Positions 1-14,154 are shown, counted from the whole stretch's first letter. The stretch is DNA of 63,992 nucleotides, filler included, from Pachysolen tannophilus NRRL Y-2460 (GCA_001661245.1; 42 parts of 42 records of this genome joined end to end with filler, not necessarily neighbours in it); one strand, 5' to 3'. Made by a program: numbers and translations. The notes: generated by a model not told the origin, from the letters alone.

Positions 1-763
1 TATATATATAATATATTATTAAAATATAATTAACTAGTAAAAGTTAAATACTTGAAATATGGTCATTTATCGAAAGAATAAAATAATTACAGCAAGAAAA
101 AAAAAAAAATAATAATAATAATAATAATAATAAAAACAAAAAAGAAAAAAAAAAAAGTTAGCACAGGAAATGCTTTATCATTTATTCAAAAGAACATCCC
201 CAATAAGAAAAAAAATCATTCAATTTTTTTGTTTTTTTTTACTTAAAAAAAATAGCGTATTATTACTAACAAGCGCCGCACTAAAAAAAAATTGTTTTTT
301 TTCTCTCTTTTTTCTTCGCGCTGAATAATTGTAAATACTACTGCAAGCGGAGAGTCTCGTAGAAATCTGTGGGGAAGAAAAAATATTTCTGTGATCTCGA
401 ATTTTTCTGTTCCGTTATGCCAGATATAATAGGAGTAAATAGTTCAATATAAAAAGAGAGTAAAAGAGGATAAGAGGAAAAAGGCAAAAGCAAAAGTAAA
501 AGTAAAAAACATAAAAATTCTCTGTTTCGGAATCAAGGTACGGTACAGTACAGTACAGTATAATACATCATCAATAATTAAACAAGCCAATAATGTTTTG
601 TATATGATATTTATTGATTTCAGACCTGTGTAGTTAATTTTTATGTACTTAGACTAAATAAAAAAAAGTCATCTGGATGATTATTTCCTGCCACTTTTTT
701 TTTTTTTTTTACTATCTTTTATTTTTTTAAGCTCCCTTTTTTTATTTTTTTATTCTGCGCGTG

Positions 764-771
764 CACGTGAC
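764..771 (-). promoter_or_regulatory. GTCACGTG E-box (Cbf1/Tye7-type bHLH site)
   Basis: CACGTGAC on the + strand, in a GC-rich patch (CTGCGCGTGCACGTGAC) just upstream of a TATATA stretch in an ORF-free contig. Confidence 0.35.
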
Positions 772-1696
772 ATTATATATATGGCAGCATTCGATGTAAG
801 TCCGATAAGTAATTATAATCTCGTTGCTAACTTACATTAAAAAAGAATTGATAAAAATAAAAAAAAACTTACTTCTTATTGGGTTGATGAATGGTGAGTT
901 GGGTTCCTTGATTTAAAATAAAAAAGGTTGCAGCATACCAAAACTAAAAATAAAAAATAATTTTACAAGGTTATAGGAGGCGTTGTGTCTTAGATTAATA
1001 GAATAGAATAGTATATAATAATAATAATTTATATGTATGTATGTATGTATTTATGTATAAATCAATCTATATTCCTCGAAAAAGAATCGAGCGAGCCCCG
1101 AGAAAAAAAAAGTGTGAAAAAATAAAAATGTACGGAAAAAAAAGCGAAAAAAAAAATAAAAATGTCCTTCGTGATGATGGTCTGATTGTATTTATGTATG
1201 TATATCTTTTCCTTTTTTCTAATGATTTACAAAATATGCATTACGTAGTTAGTCACTTATGTATGAATCTAGATACGATATTTCTCCGCAGATTTTATCA
1301 ATAAATTGAAAAATAATGAAAAATAATGAAAAATAATGAAAAATTAGAAAAAGACTTGAGATCATCTAATAACTCATTCAATTACACACTAGTTACAAAA
1401 AATTACTAGTTAATTTTAATTTTTTTTTTTAAACAATCAAAAAACACAATTTTTAGCCTGTTGAAGAACCCAAATTAATATATATATAAAAAATGCAACA
1501 AAAAAAACAAGAATCTAAAAAGACAAAAATAATAAAAAGATAAAACACAAAATTAATATAAAAAAAAGAAAAAAACACATTAAAACCCGCCTTAATTGTA
1601 AAACATTTCTAGAAAAAAATATATATATATAAGTAAATATATAAAGCATTATTAACATTATTAAAAAGACATCTATTGTAATGTAGATAATTTTTT

Positions 1697-1752
<56 letters not shown>

Positions 1753-1758
1753 AATTTT

Positions 1759-1858
1759 NNNNNNNNNNNNNNNNNNNNNNNNNNNNNNNNNNNNNNNNNN
1801 NNTTAATTAATTAANNNNNNNNNNNNNNNNNNNNNNNNNNNNNNNNNNNNNNNNNNNN
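1759..1858. other. Artificial contig spacer (44 N + TTAATTAATTAA + 44 N); first of about 41 in the window
   Basis: The identical 100-bp unit, with stops in all six frames, recurs every 1.2-1.8 kb. Intervening contig lengths decrease steadily (1727, 1722, 1686, 1680, 1646 ... 1163). Confidence 0.99.
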
Positions 1859-1894
<36 letters not shown>

Positions 1895-3685
1895 AAAAGA
1901 AAAAAAAAAAAAATATACAAAAATTTCTTATGATATCAAAACTTTTCTATTATACAAAACCTTGATTCTAGTAGAAATTCCTTAACATTTAAAAGAATAA
2001 CTATACACCTCTATCTGTATTGAAATATATCTTTTTAAATTAACTTGTTTGTGGTTAATATCGAAAATTTTTGCCTGGAAAAGAACGCAAAAATTTTTTT
2101 TTTTTTTAATTTTTTTTCTTGATGAGTTTAAAAATTAAAAAAATTAAAAAAATTAAAAAAAAAAGAAAAACAAAAAAAACCAAGATTATGTAAGCAAAAG
2201 AGTTAAGTTTTAAAGTTTTTTTCAGTTGGAAGAAAGTATGATAAAAGTTATTATTATTGGTGATGGTCAGTAGTGGTAGTAGTTGTGGTAGTGGTCAGTA
2301 GTGGGGGTTAGAGGATATTGAGGAGAAAAAAAGATTTTTTCTTTTGTAAATAATGGTTTAGTAAATGTAGATTAAGTATATATTTCTTCTGAGGGTTAGG
2401 ACAAGTTCAATTAATTTTTAATTTTTAGTTTTTATGTTGAATGATATAAGTTAGTTTGTTGAATTTTGAATTCTTACAATGACAGGTTCTATAATATTTT
2501 TTTTATAAAAAGAGTATTTTTTTCATTTGAATTCTGTGATATATTATTGACAAAGTTGTAGTAGAAAAGACAAGGTTAGTTTCAATTGAACTAAACTAGA
2601 TTAAACTCAATATACAACGTTACATTGTACAATGAACATTGATAAATCAATTCACATAAAAAAATTTCCCTTCACTCTTTTTTAATTGATAAATTAATTA
2701 TGGATCATATTAATACCACTTTTTTTTGTTCTATATTTGCGGTACTTAAGGGTAACAAATTAACAAAAACAATGGAGAAAAAATTTTTCACTCATTGAAA
2801 AATCAATAATACCAATTTTTTTTTTTCTTATATATTTTATATTTTTATTAATTCATTTTATTTGTCGAGTTATCGATAAAAATAAAAGTCTTGGGATTAA
2901 TATAATATAATATAATAGGGTGATAAGGATATACTATTATATTATCAAGTTTTTTTTTTTCATTTTTTTATTATTATTATTTTTGGTTTGAACAATTATC
3001 TATACCTATTGGTCTGGTATTAAGCAAATACCAAACATCTTTTTAAAAACAAACCGTTTTGGTGAGTTATGAAAAGCAATAGGTTTTTGTTACTATGTTT
3101 TTACATTAGTTTGTTCTAGATAAAAGAACAGTTTTTGTTTGAAACTTGTACATCATAGTACATCGGATTCGTTGATGAGAATTTTATATTTCTACATCAC
3201 ATAATACGTTCGGTGTCTCCAACGATACATACATTTTCTCTTTTTCTCTTTTTTTTTTTTTTCTGACTTATCAGGTGATAAACCAATGGAAAAAAAAAAA
3301 CTATATTTATATATATTGTTTAACCTGTTTGCCAACACTCTGGTGCCGAATCAAAAAGATTTTATATATTTCTTTTTCGATATATTCGGTTCCTATTTTG
3401 GAGCAAACTAGATTGATTTAGCCAATTACTCACCATAATATTCGTGATTTATTTAAAAAAAATTTTTTTTTTAGATTAAGATGAATATGATGGTCCATTT
3501 CAGTGGCGTAAATACCAAAATCTAATAACGATAACGATTAAATAGAAAAAAAAAAAATGATATTATACAGAAAAAAAAAAAAAAANNNNNNNNNNNNNNN
3601 NNNNNNNNNNNNNNNNNNNNNNNNNNNNNTTAATTAATTAANNNNNNNNNNNNNNNNNNNNNNNNNNNNNNNNNNNNNNNNNNNN

Positions 3686-4974
3686 GGGGGGCCGCATTGA
3701 GCGATTTGGAAATGTTGTTTCCGAACGAATTCCTAACTGGAACAATTGAATTATCTGACATTGGAGATGAAGATTGTTCTGCCTCGACTATACAACGAAA
3801 TTCATTGGCAACTACTATAGGAAGAGATGAAAATTTCCAGATTTCGGATGTTAATATGCTGAGTTTGAGTGCTAATTTATTAAACATCTCGACAAGATCT
3901 TCTTATTTCCCACGGAAATCGCAAAACGCCATTATCCTTATTCTAAATCAATATAACATGTCACAGAATTCAGTAACAATTTTCAAAAATATAATTAGAG
4001 CTTTAGCATTGATTGAGTTAGAAATTTTTTTTGTGTCGACAGAAAAAGTATCATTATCGCTTGAATCAGGTTATAAATCAAAGGCAGTTATCTTGAAGAA
4101 TAACTGTGAACAGGAACTTATTGATGCGTTGGATAAAGGGAAGGATAACAGTTCTTTTTCAAACCAAGAAGGAAACTTATCAACGGTAATAAATGAATAT
4201 TTGCTGGAATGTAAATATCCATTAGAGCAGATTGCAACTGTGGTTTTATCAAATTTATCGCTAAACTTGAATAATTTTCCAACCATAAAGAATATATTTA
4301 TTGAAATTGGCGTTGTAAATAATAAGAATAGCCCACTTGAAATATATTCGTACCCTCAAGATAGGACCACGGTCAAGTTAAATTCTTGGGATGATGTGAT
4401 GGAAAGAATATGCGGTGAATTAGATTTGTCTTTTGATCGAATTAATGATAATGATCAACAACAAGAAAACAGAAACTCTATCAAAAGTATTTTTGGTTTT
4501 GGTTTTGGTTTTGGTACTGGTACTGGTAAGAATATCTCTCCCAGGCAATCCGAAGATAGTTCACTTAAAAAACAGAACCTAGGATTACCAATTACTGATG
4601 ATTTCAGTAAGCATGATTCGGAAAGTATTTCTTCAGAGAGTGACTCAGATGCTGAAGTAATTGACGAATTATTAGAAAATTTTGATACCAGCGATATTGA
4701 TGCAGATTCAACTACATACAAGGATACCTATCCCAACACTAACAAACCAGTTGACTTGTTTTGTGAACTGATTAATTCAGAAGATAAAAAAGCGAATGCG
4801 ATTGAAAACATTGATACATCTGCCTTAAATCCAAGAATCTGGTCTGAAAATTCAAAATTGAATTACAAAATTGAAAGTAGGCAGAGAATGGACAATAGTT
4901 CAGGTAGATGGAGTTCGCTTTTTTCAGATATTGACCGTGCTCTATATGAAACTTCTAAATCCCCATATGAGTAA
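3686..4974 (+). CDS. Uncharacterised protein, 5'-truncated at the contig edge; globular N-part plus acidic Ser/Asp-rich tail
   Basis: About 430 codons stay open from the contig edge (GAALSDLEMLFP...) to TAA at 4974. The ORF-track start is a TTG. Family not recognised with confidence. Confidence 0.8.
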
Positions 4975-5286
4975 AACCTTCCTTTGCATAGTTCAAGTTA
5001 GACATTAATCATTAATTGATATGGGAAAAAAAAACAACAGATTTCGGATAACTACAAATTTTTCTACCACCTATGTAATATTTTCATAATCCTTTGTGAC
5101 AAATTTGAAATTACTTTACATAGAATGTACATAAGACACTTGAATATAAATATACATCTTTTTTATATTCCAGATAATAGTTGAGGTATATCAATCAATC
5201 AAACTTTTTAGGCTTTTTAGTTATATCCAAATTTATAGTATGACAACCAACCTGTAAGCTTCAAATTTTACACATCTTCATAAATA

Positions 5287-5368
5287 GGCAACGTGGCCGA
5301 GCGGTTAAGGCGAAAGATTAGAAATCTTTTGGGATTTTCCCGCGCAGGTTCGAGTCCTGCCGTTGTCG
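5287..5368 (+). tRNA. tRNA-Ser(AGA)
   Basis: Acceptor stem GGCAACG/CGTTGTC, A-box TGGCCGAGCGG, anticodon arm AAAGA-TTAGAAA-TCTTT, long variable arm, GGTTCGAGTCC T-loop, G discriminator, downstream T-run. Confidence 0.97.
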
Positions 5369-5537
5369 TTATTTTTTATTCTCTAATTTTTTTTTTTCCT
5401 TTTTAGGNNNNNNNNNNNNNNNNNNNNNNNNNNNNNNNNNNNNNNNNNNNNTTAATTAATTAANNNNNNNNNNNNNNNNNNNNNNNNNNNNNNNNNNNNN
5501 NNNNNNNTTTTTTTTTTTTTTTTTGGTATTTGTTTAG

Positions 5538-5754
5538 GATGTTAAAAGTTTGTAGGGAGAAATGTATTCCACATGAATATGGTGAAAGTGAACTTAATAA
5601 GGGAGAAAGTGTATGTGTAGATCGGTGTGTTTTAAAATATATGGAGACAAATTTAAAAATTGGACAGTATGCTCAATCTGTGAGGCTAGATGCAAAAGAT
5701 TTAAATTTTCATGAATATTTAAAATCAAAATATACTGAAAAAAAGAAAGAATAA
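5538..5754 (+). CDS. TIM12: Small Tim chaperone Tim12 (Tim10 family), last exon; 5' part lost in the gap
   Basis: Twin CX3C motif CREKC-IPHEYGESELNKGESV-CVDRC. The KCIPHE..GE pattern is Tim12-like. Preceded by poly-T and a TTAG acceptor ending at 5537. Confidence 0.75.
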
Positions 5755-6236
5755 ATTATTAATTGATTTAAATTTTTTTTTATAAAAAATTTTTTCATAA
5801 AATTAAAAGAAAATGGAAACTGTATATATATAGATTATGAATATAAGCAATTTGGTTTAATTTGGTTTAATATGATTTCAATTTTAGTTACAAAAAAAAA
5901 TAATATTAATAATATACAAAAAAAAGTTATTGAAGCATATTTCAAAAAAAAACATAATGGTTGTTAATACCATTAGAAAAAAAGAGAAATAAAAAAAGAT
6001 AAAATCACTTCACATATATAAAAGAAAATATAGCTATAAAGAAAAGCAAAAAAAACAACAAAAAATAAAAAATAAAAGAAAAAGAAAAAAATAAGAAAAT
6101 AATAATCAAAAAAAAAAAAAAAAAAAGAAAAGAAAAAACCCACTCACAACGAATAAAACAAACAAACAAAAAAAATTATCTATTTTTCTTTTATTTCGAT
6201 TAGAATTCCAATCCTTAGATTTTAAAATTCAATCAT

Positions 6237-6605
6237 CTATTGTTGTTGAGTTTTCAAGTATTCAGCTTTTTCTAATTCGTATCTTTTCTTATCAGCTTCA
6301 GCCTTATCTTCAAAAGGTTTCTTTTGATCATCAGAAAGAGCCTTCCATCTTTCACCCAAGACCTTACCAACTTGACCAAAGGCAATACCTGGGTTCTCAG
6401 CACGGACTATATCACGAGTCTCGTTTGCAAAGAACATGTAAGCGGACAATGATCTCTTTGGAGCATTTGGATCTTTAAAAAAAAAAAAAAAGAGAAAAAT
6501 TTTTTTTCTGTTAGTAACAAGTTCATTTCTTTAAACTTGATATAGAATTTTTCATTTATACATACCCTTCTTCTTCTTTTGTGTTCTTGATCTTCTTTCA
6601 GCCAT
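6237..6605 (-). CDS. NHP6: HMG-box non-histone chromatin protein Nhp6; exons 6605-6566 and 6472-6237
   Basis: Spliced product [50 protein letters not shown]. The intron has a GTATGT donor, TACTAAC branch and AAG acceptor. Confidence 0.95.
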
Positions 6606-7569
6606 TTTGGAAATAATTAAGCTAATTGAATTGTTAGTATAATAATTATAATATACTAATAATATAATACAATTTACTAAATAAACAAGAAAACAGTATA
6701 TTATTTGTTTTTCTTTTTTTTGGGGGGGAGGACAAGAACCGTACATTAAATAAACATAGAGAGAAACCCAACTGTTTATTTGTTTATGGGAAAAAACGCG
6801 TACTGGGGGAGAAAACCAAAGAAACTCGTGTTTTTCTCAATCTCAATGAGGGAAAAAAGTATCGGGCCACTACCCGTGCTCATACTAGCGCAGTACTCGA
6901 AATTTCCCTGTTTAATTGGTAAATCATTCTGTCATATGAAAAAAAAAAAGTGTCATTTCAAAGGGCGTGCATGCACTTACTATCGGTTTTGGTACTTTCC
7001 GGCACTACTTGTTAAAATTTTGCTCTCTCTTGGTAAAACCAGCTGACACACAAACTTTCTCTCTCTCTTTCTCTCAAAGGGGAAAAAAAACAAAGATAGC
7101 CAGAACAAATTAAAATTTCCATTGAAAGAAAGTAGAAAAAAAAAAAAATAAGGTTGAAAACCCATACAATATGGGAACAAAACTGGTTTCATCNNNNNNN
7201 NNNNNNNNNNNNNNNNNNNNNNNNNNNNNNNNNNNNNTTAATTAATTAANNNNNNNNNNNNNNNNNNNNNNNNNNNNNNNNNNNNNNNNNNNNAAAAAAA
7301 AAAAAAAAATTTTTGTTAAAAAAAAAAAAATGGAAATAATTTGGTAATTATAGCACTACTGTTTTTTGTCATACTATTTGGAGTTGTATTTTTTTACTAT
7401 GGGAGAGATGATATATATATATATATATGATTGACTGGTTGGTTACTTTATAGTTATTTTATGGTAAGTATATTTTAGAAAAATGTTGTGCTACTTATTC
7501 CATAGTATAAAAATAGAGAAAAAATAGAAAAATAAAAAGATAAAATAAAAATTTTTTTTTTTTTTGTGT

Positions 7570-8867
<1,298 letters not shown>

Positions 8868-9324
8868 TGACCCGATTTCTTTTCCACTTTCTAAACAGAA
8901 TAAAAAAATATTTTAACAAAATTTAGTTAATATTTTTTAATACAAAAAAAAAAAAAAAAGACTACTAAAATTTNNNNNNNNNNNNNNNNNNNNNNNNNNN
9001 NNNNNNNNNNNNNNNNNTTAATTAATTAANNNNNNNNNNNNNNNNNNNNNNNNNNNNNNNNNNNNNNNNNNNNTTTTTTTTACTTTTTCTTATTTTCGAA
9101 AGCAGAAAGAGATTTTATTTCCTTTAAAAGAAGAAGACAACTAAATGAAACCAAGAAGATTAGTTTTAAGTGTAATTTATTTATTTTCATTGTTATTTCA
9201 TTTCAATTGATTGCTTTTCTTTCTTTCTTTTATTTTCTTTTTCTTTTTTCTTTTTTTTTTTTTTTTTTTTTAATCTTTTTGATCGACCTTAATTAAAACT
9301 TGATCCATTATTGGGAATTTCAAG

Positions 9325-10641
9325 ATGGCATCATCAATTCATTTTTTAGATATTAAGGGGAAGCCATTATTATCCAGAGATTATAAAGGTGATATTCCCA
9401 GTAGTGCTTTAGAAAAGTTCCCATTATTGATTATAGAACAAGAGCAAAGTAACAATGGAGTTCCTATATTGAATGATCAAGGTATTAATTACATTTATAT
9501 TTTACATAATAATATTTATATATTAGCTTTAACAAAGAAAAATGAAAATGTTTTCAGTATTATGATTTATTTATCAAATTTGATTAAGGTATTGACAAAT
9601 TATTTTAAAAATTTAGAAGAAGAAAGTATAAGGGATAATTTTGTTGTGATATATGAATTACTTGATGAAACAATGGATTTTGGTATTGCTCAAATAACTG
9701 ATCCAAAAATATTAAAAGAATATATTACACAAGAAAGTCATAAATTGGAACTTTTAACTTCATCTAATAATAATGAAATGAAACAACCACCTAATGCATT
9801 GACAAATGCAATTAGTTGGAGATCTGAGGGTATTTTTTATAAAAAAAATGAAGCCTTTTTAGATGTTGTTGAAAGTATTAATATGACTGTTAATCATAAT
9901 GGTCAAATATTAATGTCTGAAATTTTAGGGAAAATTAAAATTAAATCTCAATTAAGTGGAATGCCAGATTTAAGATTAGGATTAAATGAAAAATTTTTAA
10001 ATAGTGCAAAAGAATCTGGGAATAATGCAAGTGGTAGAAGTGGTATTGAATTAGAAGATATTAAATTTCATCAATGTGTAAGGTTATCAAAATTTGAAAA
10101 TGAAAAAATTATTACATTTATTCCACCTGATGGTGAATTTGATTTAATGTCTTATAGAATTTTATCACCACCATTAAAACCATTATTTGTTATTAATTAT
10201 AAATTTCAAAATCATTCAAATACAAGATTAGAAATTTTTTTAAAAGTGAGATTAAATTTTAAACAAAAACTTACATGTCAAAATTTAGAAATTTTTATAC
10301 CTGTTCCAGATGATATTGATTCTCCAAAATTTCAAACTGTTAAGGGAAATTTAAAATATTTACCAGAAAGTTCATGTATTAGATGGAAATTTAAAAGTTG
10401 TAATGGTGGTAAAGAATATGCAATGCTTTGTGAATTATTATTACCTTCAACATTAGATGCTAAAAATTTGGAAATTTTTAAAAAAAAACCAATTAAATTT
10501 AGTTTTAATATACCATATTTTACAACTTCTGGTTTACAAGTAAAATATCTTAGAATTAATGAACCAAAATTGAATTATCAATCTTATCCATGGGTTAGAT
10601 ATATTACACAATCAGGAGATCATTTCGAATACAGAGTTTAA
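9325..10641 (+). CDS. APM1: AP-1 clathrin adaptor mu1 subunit
   Basis: MASSIHFLDIKGKPLLSRDYKGD, ISWRSEGIFYKKNEAFLDV, LSGMPDLRLGLN, KFHQCVRL, YPWVRYIT. Confidence 0.95.
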   Translation: MASSIHFLDIKGKPLLSRDYKGDIPSSALEKFPLLIIEQEQSNNGVPILNDQGINYIYILHNNIYILALTKKNENVFSIMIYLSNLIKVLTNYFKNLEEESIRDNFVVIYELLDETMDFGIAQITDPKILKEYITQESHKLELLTSSNNNEMKQPPNALTNAISWRSEGIFYKKNEAFLDVVESINMTVNHNGQILMSEILGKIKIKSQLSGMPDLRLGLNEKFLNSAKESGNNASGRSGIELEDIKFHQCVRLSKFENEKIITFIPPDGEFDLMSYRILSPPLKPLFVINYKFQNHSNTRLEIFLKVRLNFKQKLTCQNLEIFIPVPDDIDSPKFQTVKGNLKYLPESSCIRWKFKSCNGGKEYAMLCELLLPSTLDAKNLEIFKKKPIKFSFNIPYFTTSGLQVKYLRINEPKLNYQSYPWVRYITQSGDHFEYRV

Positions 10642-10659
10642 GATTACAATTTTTTTTGC

Positions 10660-10719
<60 letters not shown>

Positions 10720-11200
10720 NNNNNNNNNNNNNNNNNNNNNNNNNNNNNNNNNNNNNNNNNNNNTTAATTAATTAANNNNNNNNNNNNNNNNNNNNNNNNN
10801 NNNNNNNNNNNNNNNNNNNTCCTACACCACTTACACCACTTACACCACTTGTGTCTTAGCTTCTGACACGGGCTGTCGGAGTTTAAAGACATTTCTTCTC
10901 CATCTCCATTGGGATTTCCGGAAACAATTTTTTAATTTTTAATTTTTTATTTAATTTTTCTTCCGCTCTTTTTTTTCTCTTCTCCTCCTCCTCCTCCTTC
11001 TCCCACTATTGACACGTAAAACGGCTTATTCTTTTTTTTTTCTTTCCGTTTTCTTCAATTTTTGGATTTTTTTCTTTACGTTTTTGAAGTTGAACAGCAA
11101 AATTCGTTGGCAGATAAAACAATTTTAATGAACTTTCCCTTTGGGTAAAGGTAAAAATTCCAGTTTAATAATAAAATAAATAGTATATTAAAATAATTAA

Positions 11201-11234
<34 letters not shown>

Positions 11235-11496
11235 GTATCAATCTAATTGAAAATATTGAATTGCATATTGCTGCTTTGTTTTAAACGATTTGATCATTTT
11301 TAGCATAGTTTTGGAAAAAGTAGCAGAAAGGAAAAAAAAATAAAAATTGAATTTTACTAATATTTTAAATATATATATATATATATTTATATATTACAGC
11401 AAATTGAATTAATTAATCAATCAATCAATAGTTAAATATTTTTTTTATTATTTTTAATATTTTTAATATTAGAGAAAAGAAAATTATTTCATCATA

Positions 11497-12251
11497 ATGG
11501 CTGCCAGAGCTCCTTCTAGATCATATGATATGATCATGAAACTTTTATTGGTTGGTGATTCAGGTATGTATAATTAATTATATTTAGTTGGCTTGAACTG
11601 AATTAAAAATTTAAAATATGAATATTTTTTTTGTTTTTTATATGTATACTAATTAATTTTTAATTATTAAAAAAAATTTTTTTATTTTTATTTTCTTTAG
11701 GTGTTGGTAAATCATGTTTATTATTGAGGTTTGTTGAAGATAAGTTTAATCCATCTTTTATTACAACAATTGGTATAGATTTCAAGATTAGAACAATTGA
11801 AATTAATGGTAAAAAAATTAAACTTCAAGTTTGGGATACTGCAGGTCAAGAACGTTTCCGTACAATTACCACTGCTTATTATAGAGGCGCTATGGGTATT
11901 ATATTGGTTTATGACGTGACGGATGAAAGATCGTTCCATTCAATTAAAAATTGGTACCAGACTGTAAATCAACATGCTAATGATGACGCGCAATTGATTT
12001 TGGTTGGTAATAAATGTGATGATCAAGATTCAAGACAAGTTTCAAAAGAAGAAGCAGAAGCATTGGCTGAAGAGTTGCATATCCCATTCATCGAAGCAAG
12101 TGCTAAATCAAATGAAAATGTAGATGCAATTTTCTTCAAATTGGCAAGATTAATTGAAGAAAAAATTGGTAGCACAGGTGGTGCTATTGGTGATGGTAGT
12201 GGTGGTATTAATGTTGGTAGTGGTAACAGCTCAAAGAGTAGTTGTTGTTAG
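11497..12251 (+). CDS. SEC4: Rab GTPase Sec4; exons 11497-11563 and 11701-12251
   Basis: Spliced product [51 protein letters not shown]-terminal CC. Intron GTATGT...TACTAAT...TTAG. Confidence 0.95.
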
Positions 12252-12409
12252 AGTTTCCGAAAAAAAAAAAAGTATCAAAAAAAAAAAAAAAAGTTTGTGA
12301 GAGACAAAAGAGAAAGCATGAAAAGAAGTGATTTTTACTTGATACAGGTTTGAAATCTATAAACCTTGTATTAATTTTTTTTTTTTTACATTCTTTTCCT
12401 TCTTCTCTT

Positions 12410-12461
<52 letters not shown>

Positions 12462-12860
12462 NNNNNNNNNNNNNNNNNNNNNNNNNNNNNNNNNNNNNNN
12501 NNNNNTTAATTAATTAANNNNNNNNNNNNNNNNNNNNNNNNNNNNNNNNNNNNNNNNNNNNTATTTTTTTTTTTTTTTTTTTTTTTTTATTTTTATTTTA
12601 TTAATTCAGTACTGGTTTTATTTGGTTTTTATTTGGTTTTTTTTTCGTTTCATATATTTGGGCTTTTTCGTTACGGGTTTTATCTATTCAACGTTAACCT
12701 TTTATTTACTTCATGTTTTATATATTTACTTTTCGGTGAAAAAATTACTTTTTTTTTATTATTTTTTATTTTTTTGATTGTTTTTTTCAGCTTCAATATA
12801 TATATATATATCTTTAATTAATAATTATTACATACGGTTTTTCATATGGGAAAGATAAAG

Positions 12861-14154
12861 ATGTATGTGAAATCTTCTCTTATTGCTGTTATTTTTTTTT
12901 ATACCATTATAGAGTTTTCGCAATTCCAGGAGTTTATAATTATGATGATGAAAAATCGCTGTCTCTTCAAGATATGTGGGGTGAAGATGTAAGTAAAATT
13001 CAAGGTATTAAAGATTTTAATAATGAAGATAATTGATTATTTTTTTTTTTCCCCTTGACTAACAATAAATGATGATATAAATTTTATATTTGAATAAGTG
13101 GGCTTTTAATGGAGTAAACACATTTGCTCATTTAAACCATACTAAATGTTTGTTAAATCCAGAAGAACATTTTGATATTGGTATTATTGGTTTACCATTT
13201 GATACAGCAACTTCTTATAGGCCAGGAACAAGATTTGGTCCAAGAGCTATAAGAGCAGCTTCACAACGTCAAAATTCTTTAAGAAGTTTTAATTTTAGAG
13301 CAGGTTATAGTCCATTGCTTAGTTGGGCCAAGATTATAGATTGTGGTGATGTACCAATTACACCAATGGATAATCATATTGCTTTAAATCAAATGACTGT
13401 TGCTTTTGACCAATTGTTAAATTATACTAGTAATTCTGAATTACTCTTTGGTAAACCACCAAGATATATTGCCTTGGGAGGTGATCATTCAATTTTATTA
13501 CCTCATTTAAGAGCTTTAAAAAAACATTATGGTAAAATTACAGTTATACATTTTGATGCTCATTTGGATACTTGGTTACCAACATCTTACCCTAGTTTTT
13601 GGCATTCAAATCAATCTGAATTTACTCATGGATCAATGTTATGGATGGCTCATGAAGAAGGTTTACTTTCTGAAAAGGAAAACAATTTCCATATTGGTGT
13701 TAGAACAAGGTTAAGTGGATCAGATTCACAAGATTATGATAATGATGATTTACAAGGTTTTAAAAGAATTGATCTGGATGATGTATGGTTAAAAGGTGTG
13801 GAATATGTTTATAATACAGTAAAAAATCAGATTTCTAAACAAGAACCCGTATATATAAGTGTTGATATCGATGTCTTAGACCCAGGTTTTGCTCCTGGTA
13901 CTGGAACTATTGAACCTGGTGGATTATTACCTAGAGAATTGATTTATCTATTAAGAAAATTTGAATTCTTGAACATTGTTGGTGCAGATATCGTTGAAGT
14001 TAGTCCAGGTTATGATCATTCGGAAATCACTGCTACCAATGCTGCTCAAGTTGTTTTTGAAATAATGACTAGTATGACTAAAAAAATTGATTTTGAAAAA
14101 AATTCTTTCAAAACAAAAACAGAAAAACACCAATTTTTATTAAAACAACAATAA
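12861..14154 (+). CDS. Agmatinase/guanidinobutyrase-like ureohydrolase with probable signal peptide; exons 12861-12988 (1-base frameshift in T-run 12892-12900) and 13099-14154
   Basis: GGDHS, HFDAHLD and [17 protein letters not shown] motifs. Exon 1 ends LQDMWGED and joins [12 protein letters not shown]. Intron GTAAGT...GACTAAC...AAG. Confidence 0.88.

Noticed and set aside
764..900. CDEI-like motif as a point centromere
   Set aside because: I found no convincing CDEII/CDEIII arrangement, and point centromeres are restricted to Saccharomycetaceae. More likely a Cbf1 promoter site.
5287..5368. tRNA-Ser as the CUG-decoding tRNA
   Set aside because: The anticodon is AGA, not CAG. The CUG decoder is not in this window.
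10824..10850. (ACACCACTT)x3 as a telomeric repeat
   Set aside because: Only three copies, located in the SEC4 promoter. Similar short tandem microrepeats are common across the window.
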